Positions 27,182 to 37,862 of a stretch of DNA of 64,000 bases are shown in pieces. Position 1 is the stretch's first letter; each line of letters opens with the position of its first letter. A model generated the notes under the pieces. That model was not told where the DNA came from. It did no database searches and saw only the letters and a program-made list of their open reading frames with translations. The translations under genes and the position numbers were made by a program. The DNA is taken from the NCBI GenBank assembly GCA_963721545.1, contig CAVRKB010000005.1, forward strand, positions 1,432 through 65,431, in the 5' to 3' direction. This DNA comes from an uncultured Chloroflexia bacterium. GTDB taxonomy: Bacteria > Chloroflexota > Limnocylindria > Limnocylindrales > CSP1-4.

Positions 27182-27286
27182 CCCAGGCCGTGACGACAGA
27201 CCGCGCGACCGGTGCGGCGACGGAGGCCGCGCACGGCCGGCGACGCCCGACCGGCCGCGTGCGGCCGTGCCGGAGTGCCGGCCACC

Positions 27287-28777
27287 GTGAGCCGCGGCCG
27301 GCTCGTCGTCCACGGCCACTTCTACCAGCCGTCGCGCATGGATCCGTTCAGCGGGTCGCGTGCCGCCCGATCCGTCGGCGGCGCCGGCCCACGACTGGAC
27401 CGCCCGCGTCAGCGCCGAGTGCTACCGGCCCAACGCCGAGCTCGGCAACCTCGCCCACATGTCGTGGGACCTCGGCCCGACCCTGGCCGGCCTGGCTGGA
27501 AGGCGGCGACCCGGTCGCCTACCGCGGGTTCGTCGCCGGCGACGCGCGGCGTCAACGGCCTCGCCCAGCCGTTCCACCACACGATCCTGCCGCTCGCCTC
27601 GGCTGCCGACCGGCGGGTCGAGATCCGCTGGGGGCTGCGCGACTTCGAGCTGCGCTTCGGCCGGCCCGCCAGCCGGGATGTGGCTGCCCGAGACGGCGGT
27701 CGACCTGCCCACGCTCCGGATGCTCGCCGAGGCCGGCGTCCGAGCACACGATCCTGGCGCCGTGGCAGGCGATCGATCCGCACGTCGACACGCGCCGGCC
27801 GTACCGCGTCGACCTCGGCGCCGGGCGGAGCATCGTCGTCGCGCTGTACGACGCCGAGCTGTCGGCGGCGGTCTCGTTCGACCCGCGCGCGACGGCCGAC
27901 GCCGACGCGTTCAGCCACGAGCGGCTCGAGCCCCGGCTGGCGTCCGAGCACGCTCCCCGACGACGAGCCGCCGCTGGTCGTGATCGCCACCGACGGCGAG
28001 CTGTACGGCCACCACCAGCCGTTCCGCGAGCTCTTCCTCGAGCGGCTCCTCCAGCCACGCTGCCGACGGCGTGGCGCGCGGCTTCGACATCGTCCCCCTG
28101 GCCGAGGCGCTGACCGAACCGCGCCGGCCGCCCATTCCGGACGATCGACCTCGCCGAACGCACGTCGTGGAGCTGCCACCACGGCGTGCTGCGCTGGAGC
28201 GCCGACTGTGGGTGCGCGCCCGACGGCCGCTGGAAGGCGCCGCTGCGGGCCGCCCTGGAACGGCTGGCCGCCGGCATCGACGTGCTGACCGAGCAGCTGG
28301 CCGATCGCCTGCCCGGGCTCGCCCGACCCGTGGGCGGCGCGCGACGCCTACGTCGACGTCGTGGTCGGCGTCGAGGCACCCGGCGAGTTCGCGCGGCGCT
28401 GGCTGCCGGACGAGCCGGTCGCGCCCCGGCGGCGACACGGCCGCGAGCGGGCACTAGCCACGCGGCCACGCTCCTCGCGCTCATGGAGGCGCAGCGCTGG
28501 CGGCTGGCGATGTTCGCCAGCGACGGCTGGTACTGGGACGACCCGGTTCGCCCGGAGACGGCCAGCGTGCTGCGGGCCGCGGCCCGGGCCGCCCGCCTGA
28601 TCGATGGACTCAGCGCGAGCTGGCCTGGAACGCCGCGCTCGTGGCCGATCTCGCGCTGATGGCCTCGCCCGGCCACCGGGTCGACGGGGCCGAGATCTAC
28701 CGCCGGGCGCTGGCCTCGGTCGGCCAGCCGGACCGGGCGGCGAGCCGCCGATCGCTCGGCGGGGTCGGATCAGCTGA
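27287..28777 (+). pseudogene. Second GH57-family protein (DUF3536-type); several frame changes; both ends uncertain
   Basis: The gene starts ..LVVHGHFYQPSR... It continues ..VSAECYRPNAELGN.., ..AQPFHHTILPLAS.., ..MWLPETAVDLPTLRMLAEAG.. and ..VIATDGELYGHHQPF... It ends ..CHHGVLRWSADCGC.. and ..MFASDGWYWDDP.., in alternating frames. Confidence 0.65.
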
Positions 28778-29023
28778 TGCCGACCGGGTAGGCCGAGCGA
28801 CGCGGATCGTATCGAGTCGGGCCGGCTGTCGACCCCGAAACCCGCGGCGAGGCCGGCGAACGCGGCGAGGGCCGTGCTGACGATGAGCGTGACGAGGACC
28901 AAGTCCATCGGGACCACCTTGCTTTCGTTGTCGAGGCCAAGTGCTCGCTACCTTGGACGTAGGCTAGCGCGATCGACGATCGCGAGCCCGGTAGCGGGAA
29001 GGCGACGACCGGCGGCGCGCTCG

Positions 29024-29991
29024 ATGTCGAGCGCGATTCCGACGTTCCCATCTCGACCCAGATCTACTGGCAGCTGGCCTACCAGATCGATTCCGGTCGG
29101 CTGCTGCCGGGCTCGCGTCTGCCGCCCGTGCGCGAGCTTGGTGCGGCCCTCCGAGTGAACCCGAACACCATCCGGGCGGTCTATCGTCGTTTGTCCGACG
29201 CCGGCTACGTCATCAGTCGACACGGCGCCGGCACCCACGTCGCGCAGCGACCGCCGCAGAAGCGCGGCACCGAGGCCCTCGCCGGGATCGTCGCCGAGAT
29301 GCTCCGCCGGGCCGCCCACGCCGGCTTCACCGCCGACGAGCTCGCCGCCGCCACGTTCGCCGCCGCCACCGAACGCAAGCGACCCGGGCCGCTCGTCCGG
29401 GTGCTCTTCGCCGAATGCACCAACGCCGACGCCGGCTACGACGCCGAGCGGCTGGTCGACGAGTTCCCGGGCCTGATCGAGGCCGAGGGCGCGCTCCTCG
29501 ACGACCTGCCCGATCGGCTCGAGCGCTTCCACTACGACCTCGTGGCGACCACGACGTTCCATGCCGACGAGGCGCAGGTCCTGGCCGCCGGCCGCGTGCC
29601 GGTCGTGGCCATGCTGGTCGGGCCGGCCTACGTCGAGCTCGTCCACGAGATCGCCGGGCTGCCGGCCGGCTCGCGCGTCGGGCTGGTCTGCGGCTCCGAC
29701 CGCGGCGTCGGACAACATCCGCGAGACGCTCGCGCTGTCGGGCACGACCGGCGTCGAGATCGTCTCCGCCCTGATCGGCCGACGCCGAGGACCTCGAGCT
29801 CGTCGACCGGACCGCCGACGTCATCCTGATGTCGCGCGAGGCGCTCGCGGCGGGGCTCGACCAGACGTTCTCGAAGCCGGAGCGGATCCGGCCGTGGACC
29901 TACGACTTCGACCCGTCCGGCCTCGAGCTCCTGCGCCGGGCGATCGACCACGTCACCGCCAGCCGGCCCGTGGAGGCCGTCGCCGGCCTGA
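29024..29991 (+). pseudogene. GntR-family transcriptional regulator with C-terminal ligand-binding-like domain; start and stop unresolved (frame changes)
   Basis: The HTH reads ..PISTQIYWQLAYQIDSGRLLPGSRLPPVRELGAALRVNPNTIRAVYRRLSDAGYVISRHGAGTHV... There is no canonical start in that frame after the stop at 28960-28962. The C-terminal part (..DNIRETLALSGTTGVEIVSAL..ILMSREALAAG..) is in a second frame. Confidence 0.55.
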
Positions 29992-30046
29992 CCGCCTGCC
30001 CGCGCGGGCCGTCGTCGCGGCACGGCCCGCGTGCCATGCTTCGGCG

Positions 30047-33000
30047 ATGCGGGCCTTCCACATCCGGCGCGACGCGCGCGAACGGTACGCGCGTCGATCG
30101 CGCGCTGCTCGGGGTCCGCGGCGACCTCGTCGTCGCCGACCTGGCCGGCATCCGCCGGCTGGCCGACGCGGATGAACCGCCTGCGCGACCCGGCCGGCGC
30201 CCTCGATCCAGGCCGGCGACATCGGTGCGCTCGGGCTGCTCCACGAGATCGGCCACCTGCTCGATCGCCCGCTACGAGGCGGACCACCGGCCCGGCGCGA
30301 TCGCCGAGCGCCCTCGACGAGCTCGAGGCAGCCTCGGTCCCGACGCGACGCGCCTGCTCGACCGCTTCGGGGAGGAGTTCCCGGGCCCGGCGCCGGCGCC
30401 CGAGCCGCCGGCGCATCCGGCTCGAGGAGCTGCTGCTGACCCGCATCGCCAACGAGAACCCCGCGGTCGGGCCGCTGCGCGAGCTGATCGACGATCGCGA
30501 CGCTGGCGAACGGCACGCGCTACCGCGAGGCGATCGCCGGGCTCGAGACGACGTTCGCCGGCGGGCCAGCCGATCGACGGCGACGGCCTGTCGCTGTCGA
30601 GCTGATGCGGCTGCCGGCCCGCCGCGCACCGACGTCGCTGGCCGGCCAGCTCCGCTTCATCCGGTCGAACTGGGGCGACATCCTCGGCGATCGGCTCCTC
30701 GAGACTCGTCCGCCGGCTCGACCTGGCGATCGGGATCCTGGCCGAGGAGGAACGCGCGCTCCACCTGCGGTTCGGCGGCGGCGGGCCGGCGGCTGGGTCG
30801 GCCGCGGGCCGGCGGCGGCGGGGGCGTCCGGTCGAGACGCCGAGCTTCGTCGGCGCGGCCGACGAGGCCGAGGCGTTCTCGTCCGACTCGGCCTGGATGC
30901 CGCGCGTCGTGCTGATGGCCAAGAGCACCTACGTCTGGCTCGACCAGCTGTCGCGCGACACACGGCCGCGACATCCGCACGCTCGACGCGATCCCGGACG
31001 AGGAGCTCGACACGCTGGCGCGCTGGGGCGTCACCGGGCTGTGGCTGATCGGCCTGTGGGAGCGCTCGAAGGCGTCGGAGCGGATCAAGCGCATGCGCGG
31101 CAACGCCGATGCGGTCGCGTCGGCCTATTCGCTCGACGACTACCGGATCGCGGACGACCTCGGCGGCGACGAGGCGTACGCCAACCTGCGCGACCGGGCC
31201 TGGGCGCGCGGCATCCGGCTGGCGAGCGACATGGTCCCGAACCACATGGGCATCGATTCGCGCTGGGTCATCGAGCACCCGGAGTGGTTCCTGTCGCTCC
31301 CGAGCCGCCCTATCCGGTCTACTCGTTCACGGGGCCGGACCTGTCGACCGACGAGCGGGTCGGGATCGTGCTCGAGGACCACTACTGGGACGACAGCGAC
31401 GCGGCGGTCGTCTTCAAGCGCATCGACCGCGAGACCGGCGACGAGCGCTACGTCTATCACGGCAACGACGGGACGAGCTTCCCGTGGAACGACACCGCCC
31501 AGCTCGACTTCCTCGACGCCGGCCGTCCGCGAGCAGGTCATCCGGACGATCCTCGACGTCGCCCGGCAGTTCCCGATCATCCGCTTCGACGCCGCGATGG
31601 TCCTCGCCAAGAAGCACATCCAGCGGCTGTGGTGGCCCGAGCCGGGCTCCCCGGGCGGCGTCCCGTCGCGCGCCGAGCACGCGATCCCGAAGGAGGAGTT
31701 CGACCGCCGGATGCCGGTCGAGTTCTGGCGCGAGGTGGTCGACCGCGTGGCCGCCGAGGTGCCCGACACGCTCCTCCTGGCCGAGGCGTTCTGGCTGCTC
31801 GAGGGCTACTTCGTCCGGACGCTCGGGATGCATCGCGTCTACAACAGCGCGTTCATGCACATGCTCCGCGACGAGGACGGGGCGGGCTATCGGAAGGTCA
31901 TCAAGGACACGATCGAGTTCGATCCGGCGATCCTCCAGCGCTACGTCAACTTCATGAGCAACCCCGACGAGAAGACCGCGATCGAGCAGTTCGGCAAGGG
32001 CGACAAGTACTTCGGCGTGGCGACGGTCCTCGCGACGCTGCCCGGGCTGCCGATGCTCGGCCACGGGCAGGTCCAGGGCTTCGGCGAGAAGTACGGCATG
32101 GAGTTCCGCCGGGCGATGCTCGACGAGCGGCCCGACCCGGGCCTGGTCGAGCGCCACGAGCGCGAGATCTTCCCGCTGTTCCATCGGCGGGCGTGGTTCG
32201 CCGAATCGGACAACTTCCTGCTGTACGACCTGCGTGACCGGCGACGGCGCCGTGGACGAGAACGTCCTGGCCTATTCGAACGGGCGCGGCCGCGAGCGCT
32301 CGCTGGTGCTCTTCCACACCCGGTTCGCGTCCACGACGGGGCCGGATCCGCGAATCGTCGGCCTACGCGCGCAAGGCGCCGAACGGCTCGCGGCGGCTCA
32401 TCCGCCGGACGATCGCCGACGGCCTGGAGCTGCCGCACGACGCGGGGGCGTTCGTCGCCTTCCGCGAGGCGCGTTCGGGGCTCGAGTACCTGCGCTCGTG
32501 CCGCGAGCTCTGGGAGCACGGGTTCGACGTGTCGCTCGGCGCCTACGGCTGCGCACGTGTACTGGGAGTTCCGCGAGGTCTGGGACGGAGCGGCCGGGCA
32601 ATGGGCCCGGCTGGCGGCCCGGCTCGGGGGCACCGGGGTGCCGTCGCTCGACGACGCCCTGCGCGAGCTGCAGCTGGAGCCCGTCCACGGGCCATTGCGC
32701 GCCCTGTTCGCCGGGGGGCTCGTCATCCGGCGTCATCGACGGAACCGTCACCGAATCGGAGCTCGACGAGCTCGAGCGCCGGTTCGCGGCGTTCCTGACG
32801 GTCGTCGGCGAAGCGACGGGAGCCGACGGTGATCCGACGGCCCTGGCGGCCCACGTGCGGGCCTGGACCGAGCGCGGATTCGCGGCGCTTCGCGTGCCGG
32901 CCGCGACGCCGGTCGCGCCGGCCACGCGACGGATCTGGCCACGCCGCTCGATCGGCGCGATCGGGCGACGCTGCTCGTCTGGCTCGCCCTGTCGCAGGCC

Positions 33001-33589
33001 GGCGCGCTCGCTCCCGGATCCGACGTGGCGGCAACGAGCCTCGCCTGGTACGACGACCTGCGGATGCCCGGCGCGCTCGTGGCCGGGCTTGCACGAGACC
33101 GGGTTCGACGAGGGCACCGCGTGGGCGATCACCGACCAGGTCCGGGTGCTCCTCGCCCTGCCCCGGCCGTCGCAGCTGCGCGGCAGCGCGCGCACCGTCG
33201 GGGCGCGGCTGCTCGATGCGTGGCTGGCGAGCGACACGATCCGGGTCGCCATCGGGCTCAACACCTGGGAGGGCGTCGAGTACGTCGATCGCGACAGGCT
33301 CGCGGCCACGTTGCGCTGGGCCGTCCGGCTCGACACGATCGAGCGTGACGAGGCGGCGCCGGGGGCAGCGGCCAGCTCGCTGGTCGAGGCGGTGACCGCG
33401 GCCGCGGCGGCGGCCGGCTACGCCGTCGAGGCGCTCAGGGCGGAGCTCGCTGCCACGCCGCCGGCCCGGTCATCGGCCAGCACGGCGGCACCCGCGAGAC
33501 CGGCGCGTCCGAAGCCGCGATCGACGCGACCGCCCGCAACGCCCGGGAAGCCGAAGCCGCGGCGGACCAAGCGCGACAAGACCGACTAG
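30047..33589 (+). pseudogene. Very large alpha-amylase-family (GH13-like) protein with long N- and C-terminal extensions; about 10 frame changes
   Basis: The gene starts MRAFHIRRDARERY... The core begins ..LDAIPDEELDTLARWGVTGLWLIGLWERS.. and ..GIRLASDMVPNHMGIDSRWV... The core continues ..FPIIRFDAAMVLAKKH.., ..LLLAEAFWLLEGYF.. and ..FMSNPDEKTAIEQFG... The protein ends ..RTKRDKTD* at 33589. Confidence 0.75.
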
Positions 33590-35342
33590 TCGAGCAGGAT
33601 CCGCCGGAGGAGCGACGTCGGCGGCGTGCCGTGGGCCAGCACCGACTCGAGGTGCGGCCGATAGCGGAAGCCCGGCGTCTCGCCGAAGCCGCCGACGACG
33701 CGCGGCTCGGGCACGGCGTCGGCCCCGCGCGGATCGCCCGAGGCGACCGCGGCGCGGCGGCGGACCTCGCGCTCGATGTCCCACATCTCCATCGACCCCG
33801 CGAAGTAGGTCGACAGCTGGGTCGAGGTCAGCCGCGCGCGGTCGAACTTGGCGCGCGCCTCGGCCTCCTCCTGGAACCCGCCGTCGACCATCAGGCCGAC
33901 GGCCTCGTCCTCGGTCATCCCGGCGGTGTGGATCCGGGCATCGATGATCGCGTTCGTGGTCGAGCGCAGGTAGAACTTCCAGTGGACGAGCAGGAGCGCC
34001 GGATCGTCCGCGCCGTAGCCCGACGTCCATCATCACCTGGGTGACGTAGACGGCCCAGCCCTCGGCAAACAGCCCGCTGCCGAAGATCGCCCGGACGAGC
34101 GAGGGGCAGCGGTTGGCGTAGACGCCCTGGAGGTAGTGGCCGGGGACCGCCTCGTGGATGGTCAGCAGCCGCAGCATCCGGTCGTTGTCCTCGCGCAGGT
34201 TCGACTCGCGCTGCTCCTCGGTCCAGTCGTCGGGCATCGGCGTGATCGCGAAGAACGCCTTCTGGCCGCGATCGAGCGGCCCCGGCGACGACAGCATCGC
34301 GCCACCGAACGCCCGGAGGAAGACCGGCGTCCACTGGATCTCGAGCGGCTCCTCGGCCAGGCCGATCAGGTCGCGTTCGCGACAGAACGCCTCGATCCGG
34401 GCGTTCTCGGCGCGGCAGAAGTCGAGCAGGTCATCCGCCTCCGGGTGCTCCGCGGCGACGGCGTCGAGCACGCCGCGGACGAGCGTGCCCTCGTCTTCGG
34501 GGAGTGGCCGGTCGGGGCACCACGCCGGCCACAGGTCGCGGGCCAGGCGGACCATCTCGGCCCGGACGGCCCCGAACTCGCGCTCCGCCTCGGCCAGGAT
34601 CCGCTCCGGCGTCAGCGTCTCCGACCGCATCGTGTGGCGCATCTTGGCCGCGAACAGCTCGGGCCCGATCCGGCCCTCGCCCTCGCTCGCCGGCAGGACG
34701 ACCTCGCGCAGGTGGGCCTCGAACGCGGCCAGCGCCAGCCGTGCGCCGTCGGCGGCCTCGGTCAGCCGGGGCACGACCGCGGCCACGCGGGCATCGGTCG
34801 GCGCGGCGCCATCGGCAGCGGCCAGCGCCTCGGCGATGAGCTCCTCGATGCCGGGCAGCTGGGTCAGCGCCTTCTCGGTCTGGAACCGGCCGACCGGGAA
34901 GCCCTCCACGCCGACGAGCCTCGCCCGCGCCGCGTCGAGGACCGCGGGGAGCGTCTCGAGACGGCCGGCGGTCGACGCCAGGCGATCGGCGAGTGGCGCG
35001 AACTCGCGGGCGTTGAGGTTGAACAGGCCGTCGCCGATGATGTACACCCAATCGAGCGGGTTCCAGGCGTCCTCGCGCAGCACCTCGTCGGCGAACCGGT
35101 CGGCCTCGAGCTCGCCGATCAGCAGGTCGCGGTCGATCGCCTCATCGCCGGCGAGATCGGCCATCTCGCCGAACTCCGCCAGCCAGCGTTCCGTGAAGGC
35201 CGCCCGCTCGGCCCGGCCGGCCGCCGACAGGTCGGGCCAGCGGGCGTCGTGGGCGTGTTCGCCGACCGCCGTGGCGTACGTCGGGTGGAGACGGAAGAAC
35301 TCGGTCGAGGAAGGCCTCGACGCGGGCGGCAAAGTCGGACAT
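33586..35342 (-). pseudogene. DUF885-family (metallopeptidase-like) protein; about 2 frame changes
   Basis: The start MSDFAARVEAFLD shifts into ..FFRLHPTYATAVGEH... The HExxPGH motif is TIHEAVPGHYLQ. The C-terminus ..HWKFYLRSTTNAIIDARIHTAGMTEDEAV... lies in the frame of ORF 33586..33918. Confidence 0.75.
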
Positions 35343-35430
35343 GGCGGCAAGTCTACGGGCGGGGCACGGGGTCGCGCCGACGCCGGGCCACCGCCCGGCC
35401 CGGCCGGCGTGCGACCGCTACCATCGCGGG

Positions 35431-36087
35431 ATGCCGTCGCAGACCTGGGTCGAACCGGTCGTCCTCGAAGGCACGCGCGTCCGCCTCGAGCCGCTTCGCG
35501 CCGACCACCTCGCCGACCTGTCGCTGGTCGCCTTCGATCCGCCGCTGTGGCGCTGGACGATCATGGGCCCGCAGGACGAGGCCGGCCTGCGGCGCTGGCT
35601 CGAGACGGCGCTGGCCAATGCCGAGGCCGGCACGGAACGGCCGTTCGCCACGATCGACATCGCCTCGGGGCGGGCCGTCGGCAGCAGCCGCTACCTGTCG
35701 ATCGTGCCCGAGCACCGCCGCCTCGAGATCGGCTGGACCTGGGTCGGCACGGCGTTCCAGCGCAGCGGCGCCAACCGCGAGGCCAAGCTGCTCCAGCTGA
35801 CCCACGCGTTCGAGACGCTCGGCGCCAACCGGGTCGAGTTCAAGACCCATTCGCGCAACGAGCGGTCGAGGACGGCGCTGGCCGGGATCGGCGCCACCTT
35901 CGAGGGCGTCTTCCGCAACCACATGATCATGCCCGACGGGTCGATCCGGCACTCCGCCTACTTCAGCATCACCGCCGAGGACTGGCCGGCCGTCAAGGCG
36001 GCGCTCGCGGACGCGCCTGGCCCGTGCTTGACCGCGATATCCTCGCGGGAGGACCCTCGTCGATCATCGGCACGACCGTCGCCCTGA
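35431..36087 (+). CDS. GNAT-family N-acetyltransferase (RimJ/RimL-like)
   Basis: The translation reads MPSQTWVEPVVLEGTRVRLEPLRADHLADL...RRLEIGWTWVGTAFQRSGANREAKLLQLTHAFETLGANRVEFKTHSRNERSRTAL... The last ~20 codons may be out of frame (alternative TGA at 36029-36031). Confidence 0.78.
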   Translation: MPSQTWVEPVVLEGTRVRLEPLRADHLADLSLVAFDPPLWRWTIMGPQDEAGLRRWLETALANAEAGTERPFATIDIASGRAVGSSRYLSIVPEHRRLEIGWTWVGTAFQRSGANREAKLLQLTHAFETLGANRVEFKTHSRNERSRTALAGIGATFEGVFRNHMIMPDGSIRHSAYFSITAEDWPAVKAALADAPGPCLTAISSREDPRRSSARPSP

Positions 36088-36130
36088 CGGTCGTTGCGGG
36101 CCGGATCGTCCACCGCTCGGAGGCACTGAC

Positions 36131-36535
36131 TTGAGAGGCTTCGTCGTCGGGACAATCGTCACCGCGATCGCGTTCTACGTCCTGACCAAGGTGTTGCCCG
36201 ATCTCACCGGGATCGACCTCGTCACGTACGACGGCGAGCTCATCGGGATCGTCGTCCTGGCGCTCATCTTCGGCGTGGTCAACGCGCTCATCGGGCGCAT
36301 CGTGCGCTTGCTCACCCTGCCGATCTCGTTCATGACCATGGGGCTGGTTGGGTTCGTCATCAATGCGGGCCTGCTGCTGGTGACGGCGGCGATCGCGAGC
36401 GCGGCCAAGTTCGACCTGCAGGTCGGCGACTTCCCGCCGGACCTGCTCACCTCGGACACCATCGTCGCGGCGTTCTTCGGCGCGATCGTGCTGAGCCTGA
36501 CCAGCACCGTCGTGCGGCTTGTCATCCCCGACTGA
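36131..36535 (+). CDS. Four-TM small membrane protein (phage-holin-family-4 / DUF-type)
   Basis: 134 aa with a TTG start and four hydrophobic segments. ..LTLPISFMTMGLVGFVINAGLLLVTAAI.. resembles the mycobacterial 4-TMS holin-like family. Confidence 0.6.
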   Translation: MRGFVVGTIVTAIAFYVLTKVLPDLTGIDLVTYDGELIGIVVLALIFGVVNALIGRIVRLLTLPISFMTMGLVGFVINAGLLLVTAAIASAAKFDLQVGDFPPDLLTSDTIVAAFFGAIVLSLTSTVVRLVIPD

Positions 36536-37833
36536 GGCTGGCCCCGGCGGCCGGGCAGGCGCGCCGGACATCGCCGACGCGCTGCGCGACGTCGCGACAC
36601 GGGCCGGCACGCCCTCCTACGTCACCGACCTGGCGACGCTCGACCGGGCCGCAGGCGCGATCCGCGACGCCTTCCCCGACCCGTGGGTCCGCCAGTACTC
36701 GATCAAGGCCAACGACGTCCCCGAGATCGTCGCCGAGGTCGCCTCGCGCGGCTTCGGCGCGAACGTCGTGTCGCGCGGCGAGTGGGCGATCGCGCGGCGG
36801 GCCGGCGTCCCGAACGATCGGATCACGCTCGAGGGCGTCGGCAAGACCGATGCGGACCTGCGCGACGCCGTCCGCGCCGCCGCGACCGGCCGGCCGCTCG
36901 CCTGGGTCGCCGTCGAATCGGCCGACGAGGCCGAGGTCCTGGTCGGACTGGCCCGCCGCGCGAGCCTCGGCCGGGGGGCGCGACCCGCGCTCGACGTCCT
37001 CGTCCGGCTCAACCCGGACGTCACGCCCGAGACGCTGCCGGTGCTGGCGGTCGGGGCCGGGGTGTCCAAGTTCGGGATGACCGAGACCGAGGCGACGGGG
37101 TGGTCGAGTGGCTCAGGTCGAACGCGGGCGACGTCGGTTCGGCCGCGCGGCGTCCACCTCCACGTCGGGTCGCAGCTCGGCGCGGTCGACGCGTGGCGCG
37201 ACGCCGTGCACCGCGGCCTGGCGGTCGTCGGCCTGCTCCGCGGGAACCTGCCGGCGTTCGACACGCTCGACGTCGGTGGCGGGTTTCCGGTCCTGCCGCT
37301 CGACGAGCCCGCGCCCGACGCCGAACGGTTCGCGCGCGAGTTCCCGAGCCTGCTCGCCGGCGTCCCGGAGGACCGGCGCCCGACGCGCTTGGCGATCGAG
37401 CCGGGTCGGGCGCTCGTGGCACGGGCAGGCTGGATCGTGGCCAGCGTCCTCCACGTCCGCGAGCGTGGCGGCCGGCAGGTCGTCATCGACGCCGGGCTGA
37501 CCGAGCTCATCCGGCCCGCGCTGTACGGCGCCCGCCACCCGATCGTCGCGCTGACCACGCTCGGGCGGCCGATCCCGGCCGATGCGCCAGGCACCGGGCG
37601 GCGACGGCCTCGGGCTCGAGCCGACGCGGGTCGAGGGCCCGATCTGCGAATCGACCGACGCCCTCGGCGTCCACGACCTGCCACCGCTCCGCCGCGGCGA
37701 CCTCGTGGCGATCGCCGACACCGGCGCCTATGCCGCGTCGCTGGCCTCGACCTACAACGGCCGTCCCCGCGCGCCGCAGGTGTTCATCGAACCCGATGGC
37801 ACCGTCCGCCTGGCGCGCAGGGCACGCCGCTGA
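36519..37833 (+). pseudogene. lysA: Diaminopimelate decarboxylase; about 3 frame changes
   Basis: The gene reads ..GTPSYVTDLATLDRAAGAIRDAF..YSIKANDV.. and then ..HLHVGSQLG... It continues ..GGGFPV.., ..AIEPGRALVA.. and ..EGPICESTDAL... It ends ..DTGAYAASLASTYNGRPRAPQV..*. Confidence 0.8.
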
Positions 37834-37862
37834 CTCGGCGCCGGCCGTCTATCCTGCCCGGG

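Noticed and set aside
28770-28917. Small minus-strand ORF starting MVPMDLVLVTLIVSTALAAFAGLAAGFGV.. (possible ~45-aa membrane peptide)
   Set aside because: - It has a plausible TM helix.
- In its own frame, however, it runs 570 nt antisense into the GH57 gene.
- A short product requires assuming yet another frame change.
- I found no convincing SD, so I left it unannotated.
21220-33589. Programmed ribosomal frameshifting or recoding as the explanation for the many frame changes
   Set aside because: - There are far too many events: several per gene, in both +1 and -1 directions.
- They occur in unrelated housekeeping genes.
- No recurrent slippery heptamer or stimulatory structure is present at the sites I inspected.
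- Indel error or very recent mutation is the simpler explanation.
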